A stretch of DNA of 64,000 nt, from the NCBI GenBank assembly GCA_964106645.2, contig OZ067042.1. The stretch is one strand, 5' to 3'. Below are positions 37,606 through 49,995 of the stretch, piece after piece. Within the stretch, counting starts at the first letter, position 1. Each line of letters starts with the position of its first letter. A program made the position numbers and the translations under genes. The notes below the pieces were generated by a model. It searched no databases, was not told the origin of the DNA, and was given only the letters and a program-made list of their open reading frames with translations. The DNA is from Podarcis pityusensis (lineage: Eukaryota).

Positions 37606-39654
37606 TACAGTGCAGAAACTGCCTTCTTCACCATTGGACCCCCTATTGGTCTGGTCTGCTCAATCCACCTAAGGCTTTCTTCACATGCAGGGGAACTCTC
37701 TAACTCCCCGAGGGTTTGAAACCCATTGGCTACTCTCACGTGGTTTAGCTGGCCAGTCGAAGCCGTTTCCTAGGGTGTGGCCAATGTCTCATTCTGGCAG
37801 CTTCTAGGAGTCCCAGGTGAGAGCTGAGTGCAGGGTGGGGTCCAAAGGTCCAGAAGGAGCATGACATGTCTCCACCAGAGGTATTTCCCCTCCCCTAACA
37901 CCCCACGCCCCCCGAAATGCAGGTGCTCTAACAATAGCTGGATGGAGAATTTGAGACCCAGGGCTCCTCTATTAGTCAAGAATCTGCTGAGGTGAAGGGA
38001 AGAAGGTGACAAAACACCGCCATTTTCACACAGGGTGTGGGGAGACTCACAATTCCACACGAAACTGGGCTGCTGAGCCTGTGCTTTCCCCCTGACCTCA
38101 CTAAATCAGAATGCACAGGTTTCTAAAGGTGAGCCTCTTCAAGCACACCCCAGCCTACCCAGATTCCAAGCTAGTGACCACAAAGCAATGCTCTGGATTT
38201 GTGTACATCTCAGAGGAGTCGTTGAGCAATCACCATGACAAATAAGATACTGAAACAGCTGAGAAAGTCACCCGCAGTGTGGTACGGAGAGGGGGAAGGA
38301 GGGGCATCATGCATCAGTGTTCCAAATATGAGGAAGTACATGGGAACTGCTTCCTCAAGACCTCAACCTCAACCTGCGCTTGCGGTGGGAGGAGTCACCA
38401 ATGGTGAAAGCTGCAGCTGCTTAATTTGGCCTTCTCCCTATGCCACCATGAATGGGACTTCTCTGTGGTTACGCTGTACGGAACTACTCACCATCCAAAT
38501 CTCTTTCCAGAATGCCTAATCCAGTGGTGGGGAAAGCCAGAGCAGGAGCGACCCTCAAATCCTTTCCATCTGGCCTCTCATGAGACAACACTCAGCCCCA
38601 GTACATTCTCCCTCTCTGATCCTGCTCCTCAAGGGCTTTCCCCTAGCTAGAAAGGATTCCCCTTGAGCCGTAAAGATGCGTCTCACTTGCCTGAATAAAG
38701 GGTGTGTACAAACCCCTGACGTGTGCGTGCCTGAAATATACACAGATAAGGGTAACATCTGGAAACCCAGACAGATGGGTGGGGTATAAAATCATCATCA
38801 TCATCATCATCATCATCTGCCACACACCCAACTTTGACCCAGCTACTTCTTGCCTCTGGCCCTGCCCACTGCAGGCTTGCGCCCCCCCCCCCAATGTTGC
38901 TTGTGAGGGAAAGTGGCCCTGAAAAGGTTTCCCCACCCCTGGCCTAACAGAAGCATGATGTGGCGTCATCTCAATTGATGTCCCTCCACCAGCTGAATTC
39001 AGCAGTCACCAGAGAGGTCCATGAAAGGGAAATGTTAGGCTGATGTAAGAAGGTTACCAAGCATTTTCAGGTAGATGCCACCAGGTAATGCAGAGAAGGG
39101 GTGCAGTAACCACAGCGATGTTGCCTTTAAGACAGGCCTTCCTCTACCTGGTGCCCTTCCAATGATCTGGCCTCCAGCTCCCATCAGCCCCTGCTGATGG
39201 AGAGTAGGGTTATAGTCCAGCAAGACACCAGGGTGGGAAAAGCTGGCTCAAGGTAACCTCTAACCTGGCCCTTATTTGCGAGCGAAATATACTCTGTGCC
39301 TGCTCAGAGGCACTGTTGCTTACTTTCATAGGTCCCAAGGACCGAAGGCATTAAAAACCTTGCTTGGAAGGCAAGCATTCTGCCACTACATCCTGGCCCC
39401 TTATAATGTATAGTTGCCTATTATTTACACAGAGCCACAATTGTGCACGGTGCTTCGCAGGGTGACATAAGCAAAAGATAGATCTCTGCCCTGAGCAGCA
39501 TACAGTATAAATGCGCAGACAGTGGAAGGGTGGAGAGGAATGTAACAGAGGGGATGTCAGGAGGCCCCTCCAGACCGATACCCTTTGTGGGTGTATTTTG
39601 CAAGACGTCACAGACATAACAATACTGCATAGGCAATAAAGAACTACACAACTT

Positions 39655-39780
39655 TGGGAAGACATTTGAAGGCAGCCTTGTGTCGGGAAGTTTGTAATGT
39701 TTGATGTTTTATTAAATTTTTATATGTACTAGAAGCCACTGGGGAGAAACCCAGCCAGATGGGCCAAGCATAAATAAAAA
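39655..39780 (+). mobile_element. L2 3' end
   Basis: GAAGCCAC..GGGGAGAAACCCAGCCAGATGGGC..ATAAATAA; similar tails at 43200-43315 and 44310-44360. Confidence 0.65.
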
Positions 39781-40857
39781 AGAAGTTGTTGTTGTTGTTG
39801 TTGTTGTCGTTGTTTCTGCTCCCAAACTTTTGCAGGTTCAAATAGCTTCAAAAGTGGAATCACATATAACTGCCCCAATACCACCATGAGCACAAATAGT
39901 CATGAATGCACAATAAACAGGACGTTGGGGGGGGGGCAGGCTTTAGGAGGGTTCAATTTAGTCCTCAACTAGGGATAGAGAGGCCCATTGGCTTAATTCT
40001 GAGTTCAGGTGGGCTGCAGTTCTGCAATAGTGGGGGGAAAACAGCCTGGGTATGCTCAGAGGCACTGGTTGTTTCTTCACCCACAGCTGACGATGCTCTT
40101 TCAGCGCAACCAAGCAGAGGTGCAGGTTTCAAAGCAAGCCCAGGAAACACCCGGGTTGCAAGTTGCCGCTCAGCCAGGGTGATAAGGAGGCTGCGGGTGG
40201 AGGAAACGAAACTCCATCCGAAGATGTGATCTGCTTCTCTTCTGGCCCAGCTCCACCTGCCAGCTCGGCAGATACTGGCAGGGTCCGCTCCTCTCTTCCT
40301 TCTTTGGCAACACCTGTCGGACTCGCCCTGCCGGTGTGAGCTGGCATGATCTGAGTGCTGGATTTTGCCATGTGCATCAGCAAGATAAACAGGGCTGTCG
40401 CTCTGATTCAGCCAGGGCAGCCTGACAGCTGATGATCAGGTGGATAAGATCTCCCTCTCTTCTGATCTCAGACACCAAAGGTGTCTGTAGGTCCCGAGCG
40501 AATCACTGCCGATGACTCTACCTCCAGAAACTCCTTAATAATAACAACAATAACATTGCAAGGAACCTGCCCTCGTCTATTGCTTCACTGGCCAGGTAGG
40601 GATAGCAGTAGTGGATCTTTTGCAACATAGAGTTGTAGCGTTGGAAGGGACCTAGAGAATCATCTGGTCCACAAACCATCCCTGATGCAGCCTATTGCCA
40701 ACTGTCAGAGGAAATGCTCTGCTATCGCTCTAAACTAAATGAGCCAACTTCCAGTCACACCCAGGATGGTGGCGAGTCCAGACGCCAAGTCCTATGAAAG
40801 CTCTGCGGGGTTTTGTAGCCCAAAGAAGAGATGGTCAGGGCAAAATGGATAGAGGCC

Positions 40858-42143
40858 TTCTTCTTTTCTTTTCTTTAATATTTTTATTAACAATTTCAAC
40901 AAACATTCATACCTCGAGTTGAATGTGCTTCGGGTTGAACGCATTCGAGTTGCGCTCCGCGGCAACCCGGAAGTAACAGAGTGCATTATTTCCGGGTTTT
41001 GCCACTCGCGCATGCGCAGACACTCAAAATGACATCACGCGCATGCGCGGAAACAGCCAAACGCGACGCGCAGACGCGCCGTTGCATCTTGCGTTCTGTT
41101 CGGGTTGCGAACGGGGCTCTGGAACGGATCCCGTTCGCATCCCGAGGTACCACTGTACAAACTATCAAAACATATCATATTCATTATTATTTTCCCCCTT
41201 TTTCCCCACCCCCCTTCAAACCCTCCCTCCCCCCTGAGACTTCCCTCAGCTCCTCTCTCTGATTTCTCAGCACATATTGTTCTCTGCATGTTATAAAATT
41301 ATACATTTCCTTACGTTATCTATCTATCATGTTGTCAACCAATAAATCTGTGTATGTTTATTCAAAACCTGCCAAGGAGTCCAGTTAATTGTGTTGTCTT
41401 TTTAGATAATTTGTAAAAAGTTCCCATTCTTCCTTAAAGTCACAGTTGTCCTTGTCCCACAATTTGTATGTCAATTCAGCCAGTTCTGCATAACTCATCA
41501 ATTTTTCTTTCCACTGTTCTTTTGTTGGGATTTCCTCATTCTTCCATCCTTGTGCTATCAAGACTCTTGCCGCTGTGGTAGCATACATAAATAAGTTATT
41601 TATTTTTCTTTGCAGGTCTTGTCCTAGAATCACTAATAGAAATGCTTCTGGGGTTTTTTTACAAATGTCATTTTAAACATTTTTTTCAGTTCATTGTATA
41701 TCATTTCCCCAAAAAAATTCACTTCTCTTCATTCCCACCACATATGATAAAAAATTCCTTCTTTTTCTTTTTCTTTACATTTCCAACATGTGTTTGACCC
41801 GGTTTTGTACATTTTTGCTATCTGTACTGGTGTAATATACCATCTATACATCATTTTCATGTAATTTTCTTTCAAAAGAGAACAATCTGTACATTTCAAA
41901 TTTACTTTCCACAATTCTTCCCAATCCTCAAATTGTATATTATGTCCTATATCTTGTGCCCATTTAATCATAACCGATTTGACCTCCTCCTCTTTTGTAT
42001 CCCATTCTAGCAAGATACTATATGCTTTCTTTAGCAGCTTTACTTCTTCTATAACTTCCTTTTGAAATCTAGAAGTTGTATAACTAAACCCTTTCTTGTT
42101 GTTTTCCTTGTACATCTCATGTTGTTGTCTGTAATGTAACCAA
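40858..42143 (-). mobile_element. L1 LINE 3' fragment (ORF2 C-terminus + 3' UTR), frameshifted
   Basis: ORFs 41729..42115 (KMMYRWYITP..CWKCKE..HMWWE zinc-knuckle region) and 41385..41633 (YATTAARVLIAQGWK..) are typical squamate L1 ORF2; T-rich tail at 40858. Confidence 0.9.
40904..41155. mobile_element. Tc1/mariner-superfamily MITE nested in the L1 3' UTR
   Basis: CATTCATACCTCG ... CGAGGTACCACTG-TA. Confidence 0.88.
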
Positions 42144-42500
42144 GATAGCGGCCTTCAAATATCTGAAGAGCTGTTGTGCAGAAGAGACAGAGGAGACTTG
42201 CTCTCTGCTACCGCAGAGGGCAGGACTTGGAACCAAAGGGGTGGAAATTGCAGGGAAGCGGATTTTGGCCAAACGTTAGGAGATGCTTCCTAGTGGCAAG
42301 AGTTGTTTGACTGTGGAACTCTCTGCCTCAGGAGGCGGCAGTCTCTCCTTCGCTGGAGGTATTTCAACAGAATGGCCGCACTGTCAGGGGTGCTGCAATA
42401 GTTGAATTGTCCATTGCAGATGCCACCTTAAGCAAACGGGTTGAGCTAGATGCCTTTCAAGGTCCCATCCGATGTCCTCCAAGCTCAGTGATTCTATGAT
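42144..42500 (+). mobile_element. Older CR1 3' fragment
   Basis: GCCTTCAAATATCTGAAG..TGGAACTCTCTGCCTCAGGAGG..GATTCTATGAT. Confidence 0.8.
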
Positions 42501-43589
42501 CCTTCTGAGGCTTTGATGGGGCTGATGAAGTTTGCGCTATTCACGCTGTGTTCCATTTACAGGGTTTTGCCTTTGTGACAGTCCTTCTCCCCTTGTTCTG
42601 CACAGGTGAAATCAGCCAAAAGTCCCTCCTGAAGGTACGATCGACCACAAGTCTGGCTGCTTTTCCCCGGCAAATGTCAAATCATGGTGCATTTCTTTGG
42701 GGAATTGTGCACGGATCCCACGCGGCAATCTGCTTCGCTGCTTACTCGTGGTGAGGAGGCCCCTCTGGCTTCTCCCAGACTGACGGAAGAGAAGGAGAGT
42801 GGTCTGGCTGTGACCTCGGGCCGAAGAGAAATGACCCCCAGGCCGCTGATGTTCCTGGAAAGCTTGCCCTTTGCAGGCTCCAGCCCGTGAATCTGGAGAG
42901 AGAGAGGCCGGAAGGCTTTCTGTATTTGAGGGCAGAAGGAAACCTGACCTGCTGCCGCTCCCTCATCATCCATCTGCCAAGTGCCCAAGACGAGGCTTGC
43001 CGCTCTCGGAGCCCAGGAAGAAGGAAGTTATTGACACTTCCTTCCCCTCCAGCCCACAGGTGTCAAGCACGTTCCAAAGGGGAGAGGCCTGGCTGAAGGT
43101 TTTGTGTTCCTGAGCAGGCAGGAGGGAGAGAGAGAGAGGCTTGCAGGCTCCTTAGATGGCAGCTTTTCTCTACAGGCAGCACTTGGACTGTTTAGGGAAG
43201 CTTTTAACGTTTGATGCATTACTGTATTTTAATGTTTTGTTTGTCGAAAGCCACCCAGAGTGGCTGGGGAAGCCAAGCCGGATGGGCAAAGTATAAATAA
43301 TAAATTATTATTATTATTGGACTGGCCTCATATGCATAGCCAAACACTGGTATTTTGAAAGCCAGGGTGGTGTGGTTGTAAGGATACCTTCCTGGGATTG
43401 GAAAAACCCCAGGTGGTTACGAGAGGAACATAGGAAACTGTCTTCTACTGAGTCAGACCACTGGCACACCTACCTGACTTAAAAGAAATATTGCTTAACA
43501 GAAAGTGGAAAATATATATGTTATCGTGGACTGAATGTCTTGATTTCTTTCTCTTTTTTTATGTAATCAGCAGGTGAAAAATCGGATGT

Positions 43590-43590
43590 C

Positions 43591-43631
<41 letters not shown>
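43590..43631 (+). repeat. (TTTC)n microsatellite
   Basis: Direct observation. Confidence 0.95.
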
Positions 43632-43632
<1 letters not shown>

Positions 43633-43805
43633 GGTCTCCTTCATTTTCTCCTATTATTTCTTTGGCTTCCTCTGCTCTGGGCCTTTAGTAAGGTCCAGGG
43701 ATTATATGCCCATGGCGGTGGTAGATGGTTGATGGAGGATCCTGGGTGAGAGACAGGGAAACGGTGGTCTCCCAGGACGAGAGGGTGGGAGGAAAGTTTT
43801 TAATA

Positions 43806-44300
43806 CAGTGGTACCTCGGGTTACAGACGCTTCAGGTTACAGATGCTTCAGGTTACAGACTCCGCTAACCCAGAAATAGTACCTCGGGTTAATAACTTTG
43901 CTTCAGGATGAGAACAGAAATCTCATGGCGGTGGCAGCGGGAGGCCCCATTAGCTAAAGTGGTACCTCAGGTTAAGAACAGTTTCAGGTTAAGAACGGAC
44001 CTCCGGAATGAATTACTGTATTTTTTGCTCTATAAGACTCACTTTTTCCCTCCTAAAAAGTAAGGGGAAATGTGTGTGCGTCTTATGGAGCGAATGCAGG
44101 CTGCGCAGCTATCCCAGAAGCCAGAACAGCAAAATGGATCGCTGCTTTCGCTGTGCAGCGATCCCTCTTGCTGTTCTGGCTTCTGGGATTCAGAATATTT
44201 TTTTTCTTGTTTTCCTCCTCCAAAAACTAGGTGCGTCTTGTGGTCTGGTGCGTCTTATAGAGCGAAAAATACGTTAAGTTCTTAACCCGAGGTACCACTG
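43806..44300. mobile_element. Tc1/mariner-superfamily MITE hosting a nested MITE
   Basis: TA-CAGTGGTACCTCGGGTTA ... TAACCCGAGGTACCACTG-TA. Confidence 0.93.
44016..44274 (+). mobile_element. Tigger/pogo-type MITE nested at a TA site
   Basis: TA-CTGTATTTTTTGCTCTATAAGAC ... GTCTTATAGAGCGAAAAATACGT-TA. Confidence 0.92.
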
Positions 44301-44592
44301 TATTCTGTTGGGAGCCACTCAGAGTGGCTGCAGAAACCCAGCCAGATGGGCAAGGTATAATTAAGTTGTTGTTGTTAAAGATCCCAGGTGAGAGCTGGGA
44401 GGGGCTACTGCTTTCTGTGGGCAGTAAGAGTTAAGACCTACCTTTAAGAGAGGACTCTGTATTCTGCTTATTCTATTTGTATTTCTTGCAGCTCCTTTTA
44501 AATTTAGATTAGTTCTCTATGTCTCATTCTTTTAATAAAAATCTTACATTCCTGAGATCACTGATACACTTACCTCAATCTGCTCTCTATGG

Positions 44593-44843
44593 CAGGGGTC
44601 AGCAAACTATTTCAGCAGGGGGCCGGTCAGCTGTCCCTCAGACTTTGTGGGGTGCCGGGCTATATTTTGAAGGGAAAAAATGAACGAATTCCTATGCCCC
44701 ACAAATAACCCAGAGATGCATTTTAAATAAAAGGACACTTTCTACTCATGTAAAAACACGCTGATTCCCGGATCGTCCGTGGGCCAGATTGAGAAGGCGA
44801 TTGGGCTGGATCTGGCCCCCGGGCCTTAGTTTGCCTACTCATG
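44593..44843 (+). mobile_element. hAT MITE
   Basis: CAGGGGTCAGCAAACT ... TTTGCCTACTCATG; TSD CTCTATGG/CTCTAGGG. Confidence 0.9.
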
Positions 44844-46039
44844 CTCTAGGGTTTCAGACTGGACAGTCCTAGTCCTGCCTGTAGATGCCCAGGATTTGAA
44901 CCTGGTATTTTCTGTCTAAATAGCAGATGCACTGGAAACATAGGGAACTGCTTTTAACGGAGGGGTGGAATGCCTTCTCCAAAGATGCTGACCTGGTGCC
45001 TTTTTACAGCTCTGTCACATAGCTACGGTCCTTTCCCCAGGGCTTCTGCAAGGATCTTAAACAGCCTCCCCACCCCCCACCCCCAGCCTTGAGGCCCCAA
45101 ATGTTGTTGGACTACAATTCCCATAATCCGCCGCCAAGAGTTATGGATGATGGGAGTCGTAGTCCAGCAAGATCCAGGGACCCAAGGTTGGGAAAGGCTG
45201 GATTGCAGTATCCTCATGAACTTGTGAATGCTGCAAAGTGCTATAAATATGCCAGGTATAGATGTCCTCATTTGCAGCCGTTTCCCGTATTCTGATGTAA
45301 ATACAATAAGCACTAGATCTCACCAAATAGAAAAAAAGAGGTTGGGGGGGGGGGAGGTAAACCGCAGAGAAATGAAGGCAATTTCGGTGAGGCACAAACC
45401 CATCTCACGGCAGCAAGAATGTAAAACTGACAAAACCGGGTATCATTAGGAAGAGGAGGATGCTGAACAGGCACAGCTTTGCTTGCAATCTGCAATTAGC
45501 CAGAGATAAAAGAGCCCCTCCCAGGCTATTCAGATGCAAAAATCTCTTGACTGCAGGAGAAATCCAATACAATTTGAGAAGTGGCAAAATAATCAAGGAA
45601 GCCTTATAGCAAAAACAAATTCCTGTGGTTCATACAATTCTCCCTTTAATTAATTTAAAAAAAAAGAATGGGAAAGAAATAGGAAAGCATTTGGCCGTCC
45701 CATCAGAAGAAAAAAAAGTTATTGAAGTCTTCCAGGATGTGGCCCTCGAAGGTTTTGCAACTGGGCTGCTTGGTGATGCTCCTTTCTGCATAAATGCCTT
45801 CCTGGAAGTGACCTTTAATGTATCGTAAGGAATAATTGCTGCTGGAGAAGGATTTTTTTTTCTTCTGATGGGGGGGAGACACACCACGTGTGTATCCGTG
45901 TGCAAGAGACTCTTTGGGAAAGGGGGCTCTTGGATCAGAGAATCTCTTGGTGTCTCAGCCCGTTGTCAGGATCCAACCAAGTGCCAATATTAAACTTCCA
46001 CTGCAGCAACTAACAGCCACTAATGACACTTACTTCCAG

Positions 46040-46819
46040 TTGTTGTTGGCATCCGTCTGTCTGAGGAGACAATGGAAGAGTACGTCTTTGGGAGTAAAGT
46101 GAATCCATCACAGAGTTGCAGTGCCTGCTGTGGCTGTAGAGACCGATACAGGAGAGACATGTTTTGTTGCAGCTGGGGCAAATGGAGGCGTCCACCTGTG
46201 CTGCTGCAGATGCACCAGGGTGTTTCTTCTGTCTGCATTCCTCCCAGCGGTTATTTCTCCTCTGATCACTGCTGTGGATACACAACTTGACTGCCTGTCT
46301 CCAGGCACTGCAGTCCTCTGCAAGGGTTTCCCACACAACGGGGTTGTTGTTGCTGTTGAGATTTCCGTTCCACCTTAAGGAACAGACATGGGATTCTAAC
46401 GTGTCACATGCCTATTTACATTCCAGCACAGTTTGCTGGGAACTTCCGTTGTGTATAGCTTTTGCTTTTCCCTGTTTTCTCTCTGAGACGACATGAGAGA
46501 GAGACGACAAGTTTCTTTGTCCTGATTTATGATTAATAAATCCGTAGTTGTAGTATGCTTCCACAAGCCTCACGCCTATTCTCTGTGTGCAGTTTGCTCT
46601 GCTGACATAGTGTGCCCTGGTTTTGAAGCCCGGGTCGCTGATTTACGTCGGAGCACAGGCCAATGGAAGGAGACGTCTGAGCTGGGGCTTGCTAGCTCGG
46701 ACTCCCAGCCCTCTGCATGTCAACAGTTGCCAGCCTTCATGTCATGTTTGAAGACATCTTTGTAACACAGGGCTGGTCTACCAATAGGCTCAGTGCCTGA
46801 ATCCAACACCCTGTAGAGC
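46040..46819 (-). mobile_element. RTE LINE 3' fragment interrupted by a solo LTR
   Basis: Minus-strand GRPALCYKDVFKHDMKAGN | WETLAEDCSAWRQAV..CPSCNKTCLSCIGLYSHSRHC (RTE C-terminal zinc finger); (AAC)n tail; TSD ACTTCCAG at 46032-39 / 46820-27. Confidence 0.9.
46354..46725 (+). mobile_element. Solo LTR (372 bp)
   Basis: TGTTGA...TCAACA termini; 5-bp TSD GTTGC (46349-53 / 46726-30); AATAAA 46535-40. Confidence 0.88.
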
Positions 46820-46933
46820 ACTTCCAGAATGTGACTCTTTTGCAGGCGGACTTCTTTCACACACTGAGAAAATTCAGGGTGCTTCCATGCAGAGCTTCCA
46901 TGGCCAACCCAATGCCCTTGGTCACCTGCAAAA

Positions 46934-47200
46934 TAGGGCTGGGCAATACATCAATATATTGTCCAAAACCGGTGTGAAGTCCGTATCGTGATATCGGTTT
47001 CATAATTTTTGACCTGCAATATATCAGGAATCATGCTATGTGTGTGTCTGCACGCTATGCAAAAATCATGATGTGGGGAAAACCGTGAAACCAGCCAATG
47101 CCTCCACATAGCTCCATCCTTATTTCAGATATTGTGATATATCAATATATTGGGGTGTTTAGCTGGTGATATATCACAAACCAGATATCGCCCAGCCCTA
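46934..47200 (+). mobile_element. hAT MITE
   Basis: TIR TAGGGCTGGGCAATA / TATCGCCCAGCCCTA; degenerate 8-bp TSD CTGCAAAA/CTGTAAAC. Confidence 0.85.
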
Positions 47201-47452
47201 CTGTAAACGGGACCTGAGCACAGCAACACTTTCCATGCCTTTGATTCCCTGCAAAGGGCATTCAGAGGCATGTTACATCCTCTGCTGAAGGCAACTTTCC
47301 AGCTGCTGCAGATGTTCTCACCTTTGCAGCTCTATGGGGTCACGAGCCAAACCGGCCCAAATGCCATGGGAAGGCACAGGGGCACCCCAATGAAGTCTCC
47401 TTGAGCCCTGCAAACCTCTCGCCAGAAACTGTCGCATTCCGAGAGGTTATAG

Positions 47453-47704
47453 CAGGGGTCAGCAAACTTTTTCAGCAGGGGGCCGATCCACTGTCCCTCA
47501 GTCCTTGTGGGGGGCCGGACTATATTTTTTTTTTGGGGGGGGTGAACAAATTCCTATGCCCCACAAATAACCCAGAGATGCATTTTAAATAAAAGGACAC
47601 ATTCTACTCATGTAAAAACACGCTGATTCCCAGACCATCCGCAGGCCAGATTTAAAGGTGATTGGGCTGGATCCGGCCCCCGGGACTTATGTTGCCTACC
47701 CATG
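47453..47704 (+). mobile_element. hAT MITE (same family as 44593)
   Basis: CAGGGGTCAGCAAACT ... TTGCCTACCCATG; TSD GGTTATAG/GGTTATGG. Confidence 0.9.
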
Positions 47705-48668
47705 GGTTATGGTGTCTGAAAAGAACTGCCTGTGGCAACCTGCCCCAAACAACAGAACAGACCTAAGCAGAGGTTGTTTTTTCTCCCCAGTGATTTGTTA
47801 CATTTAATTTGAAGAGCTTTTAAAATGTACGGTCTTCTTATTTATGCCGTCTCAATTCTTTTTAATGGGTTGCTTCAATTAAATTGTCGCATGAATCTAA
47901 TTTCGTAAACAAAGAAAGAAATGTGAAGTTTGACGACAATATTGCGTTTGGGTGTGGGGCTGAGGGTGCGTGTGTGCTCACATACTTGTGTGCACCAGAC
48001 AATTTGCCTCCAGGAGGAGGAGGAGCAGCACCAAGTGGCCTCCTTTGCTTCTTTCTCATGAGTAGATCCTTTGGCAGATAAGACTCCCTAACTTCCCACT
48101 TGAAATCGAGTCCTTCCCAGTCCAAAGATGCAATTGCCTGCAAGAGATCTGTCAGCTGGAAAGGGCCCTCCCTAAACAAGGAGATCTGATCTGGTGTCTG
48201 TTCAAAATGACATTAGTGGGAACATTGCAAGAAAGTGAAGATCTTTCCCTCTTGGAAGAGCAGCTCACTTCCTCTCCAACAGATCTGCAAGAGGAGCGCT
48301 AACTCCACTGGGGCTGGACCAGCTTTTCCTGGGACATAGCCCAGCGGGAAAAGTTGGTGCAAAATGAATTCTAGGCTGAGTACAAACGAAACATGATCCA
48401 AGCAGCAGAGCCGCTCTGGAAGCACACTCTGTTCGAACAAGCCCTTTCCCCTCCGGGGGCAACTTGTTCTGCACAGCTTCCATGCATAGCTCTGACTGGC
48501 TGGTGCCTGTGCAATTGCCAACCCACCTTCCCCATTCTCTTCCAGAGCAAAGTTGTGCGAGGAACTTTTAATCATTAGGGCTTTTTAAATCAAATAAACA
48601 GCAAGGTGGCAAATGAACAGTTCAATTGTTAAACATCCATGAATGCATTAAACGGTTACGGAGCAAGT

Positions 48669-49004
48669 GCTGTGGGTTAAACCAGAGAGCCTAGGGCTTG
48701 CCGATCAGAAGGTCGGCGGTTTGAATCCCCGCGACGGAGTGAGTCCCTGTTGTTCGGTCCCAGCTCCTGCCAACCTAGCAGTTTGAAAGCACATCAAAGT
48801 GCAAGTAGATAAATAGGTACCACTCTGGCAGGAAGGTAAACGGCGTTTCCGTGCGCTGCTCTGGTTCGCCAGAAGTGGCTTAGTCATGCTGGCCACATGA
48901 CCTGGAAGCTGTACGCCGGCTCCCTCGGCCAATAAAGCGAGATGAGCGCCGCAACCCCAGAGTCGTTGATGACTGGACCTAATGGTCAGGGGTCCCTTTA
49001 CCTT
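48669..49004 (+). mobile_element. Sauria SINE, slightly 5'-truncated
   Basis: Close match to 4005-4360. Confidence 0.95.
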
Positions 49005-49995
49005 CTAGCCCACTCGATGCACAAACGAAGAGGGAAGCCTGGTGATCAGCATTTGAAACCACTGCAATTCACAACAGCAGGAGGGAACCAGACTCCAGTC
49101 CAAATGCTGGGTTACTTCTCGGCCCTGATCTGCAAAGAACTTTCCTCCCTGCATGACTCAACTCCAGTCTTACTCCGCGTCGGTTTGCTCTGCACAGTGC
49201 CTTGTGTATGATGTGCATTTATAAAGCTAACAAGCCCCCCCCCCTCTATTTCTTAAGGGTTTGTTTGCCCTTTGATTGAGCTGCCTCTATTGAATTTCGC
49301 CTGCTTATTACAATCACGCCAGCAGCGGAGCTAAATAGGTTAAATTGACTTGGCCAAGTCATGGGAAAGGACAGGTAGGTTTGAGAAGAGCAGGGATCCA
49401 TCCTGGGATTTGGGCGTCTGGCTGCTTTGCTTTGAGTACTCTGGGAAATGGTGCCCTTACCATCTACAGGAATCCGTGTGTGCACCCCGCATTGGGATGT
49501 TTGGACCTGGCCCAGAGCTGTTTGGGTGCCTGATAGATTGGATATATGAATCTGCCTTCTTGCAACTGTTTGTCCACTGGGTCTAGGGGTGGGGAAGCTC
49601 AGGCCTCTCTATCTGGCCTGTGGGACACTCCCCAGGCCACGCCCCCTCCCAGGCCACACCCTCTTTCCCCAAGCCACACCTCCTCACACCTTCAGGTGCT
49701 TTTGCCTGGCTGGCATGCGTCCTCAAACTTGGATAACAATTCATTCGCATGTGGCCCTTAGGAGGTTGGTTGGAAGGGGATGCGGCCCTTTTTGAATGGA
49801 GAAAGCTTCCCCACCCCTGGATTTGGGATTTAAAGGTCAAAGCTGGCACTTCTATTCTATAGGAGCCAATTCCTAGGGGATGAAGTCCCTTCGCCTCCCC
49901 CTGTAAAATAATGGCGGGGCCATCACTACCCCCACCCAACTTGATGGGCATTGCCATTCAAATGGTGTGCATGCACCACATCGTCTGATCGATTA

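Larger units (their letters stand above)
36661..37859 (-). mobile_element. RTE-derived non-autonomous (bipartite) retroelement carrying two nested MITEs
   Basis: 3' end CCATTGTCTCTCGAGACAGACGGAGGCC(AAC)n shared with the RTE at 46040; RTE-5'-type motif GGGAAGGGAGCCCATCTAGGGGAAGGAAAAC; possible TSD CATGGCAT/CATGACAT; no RT coding sequence. Confidence 0.7.
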
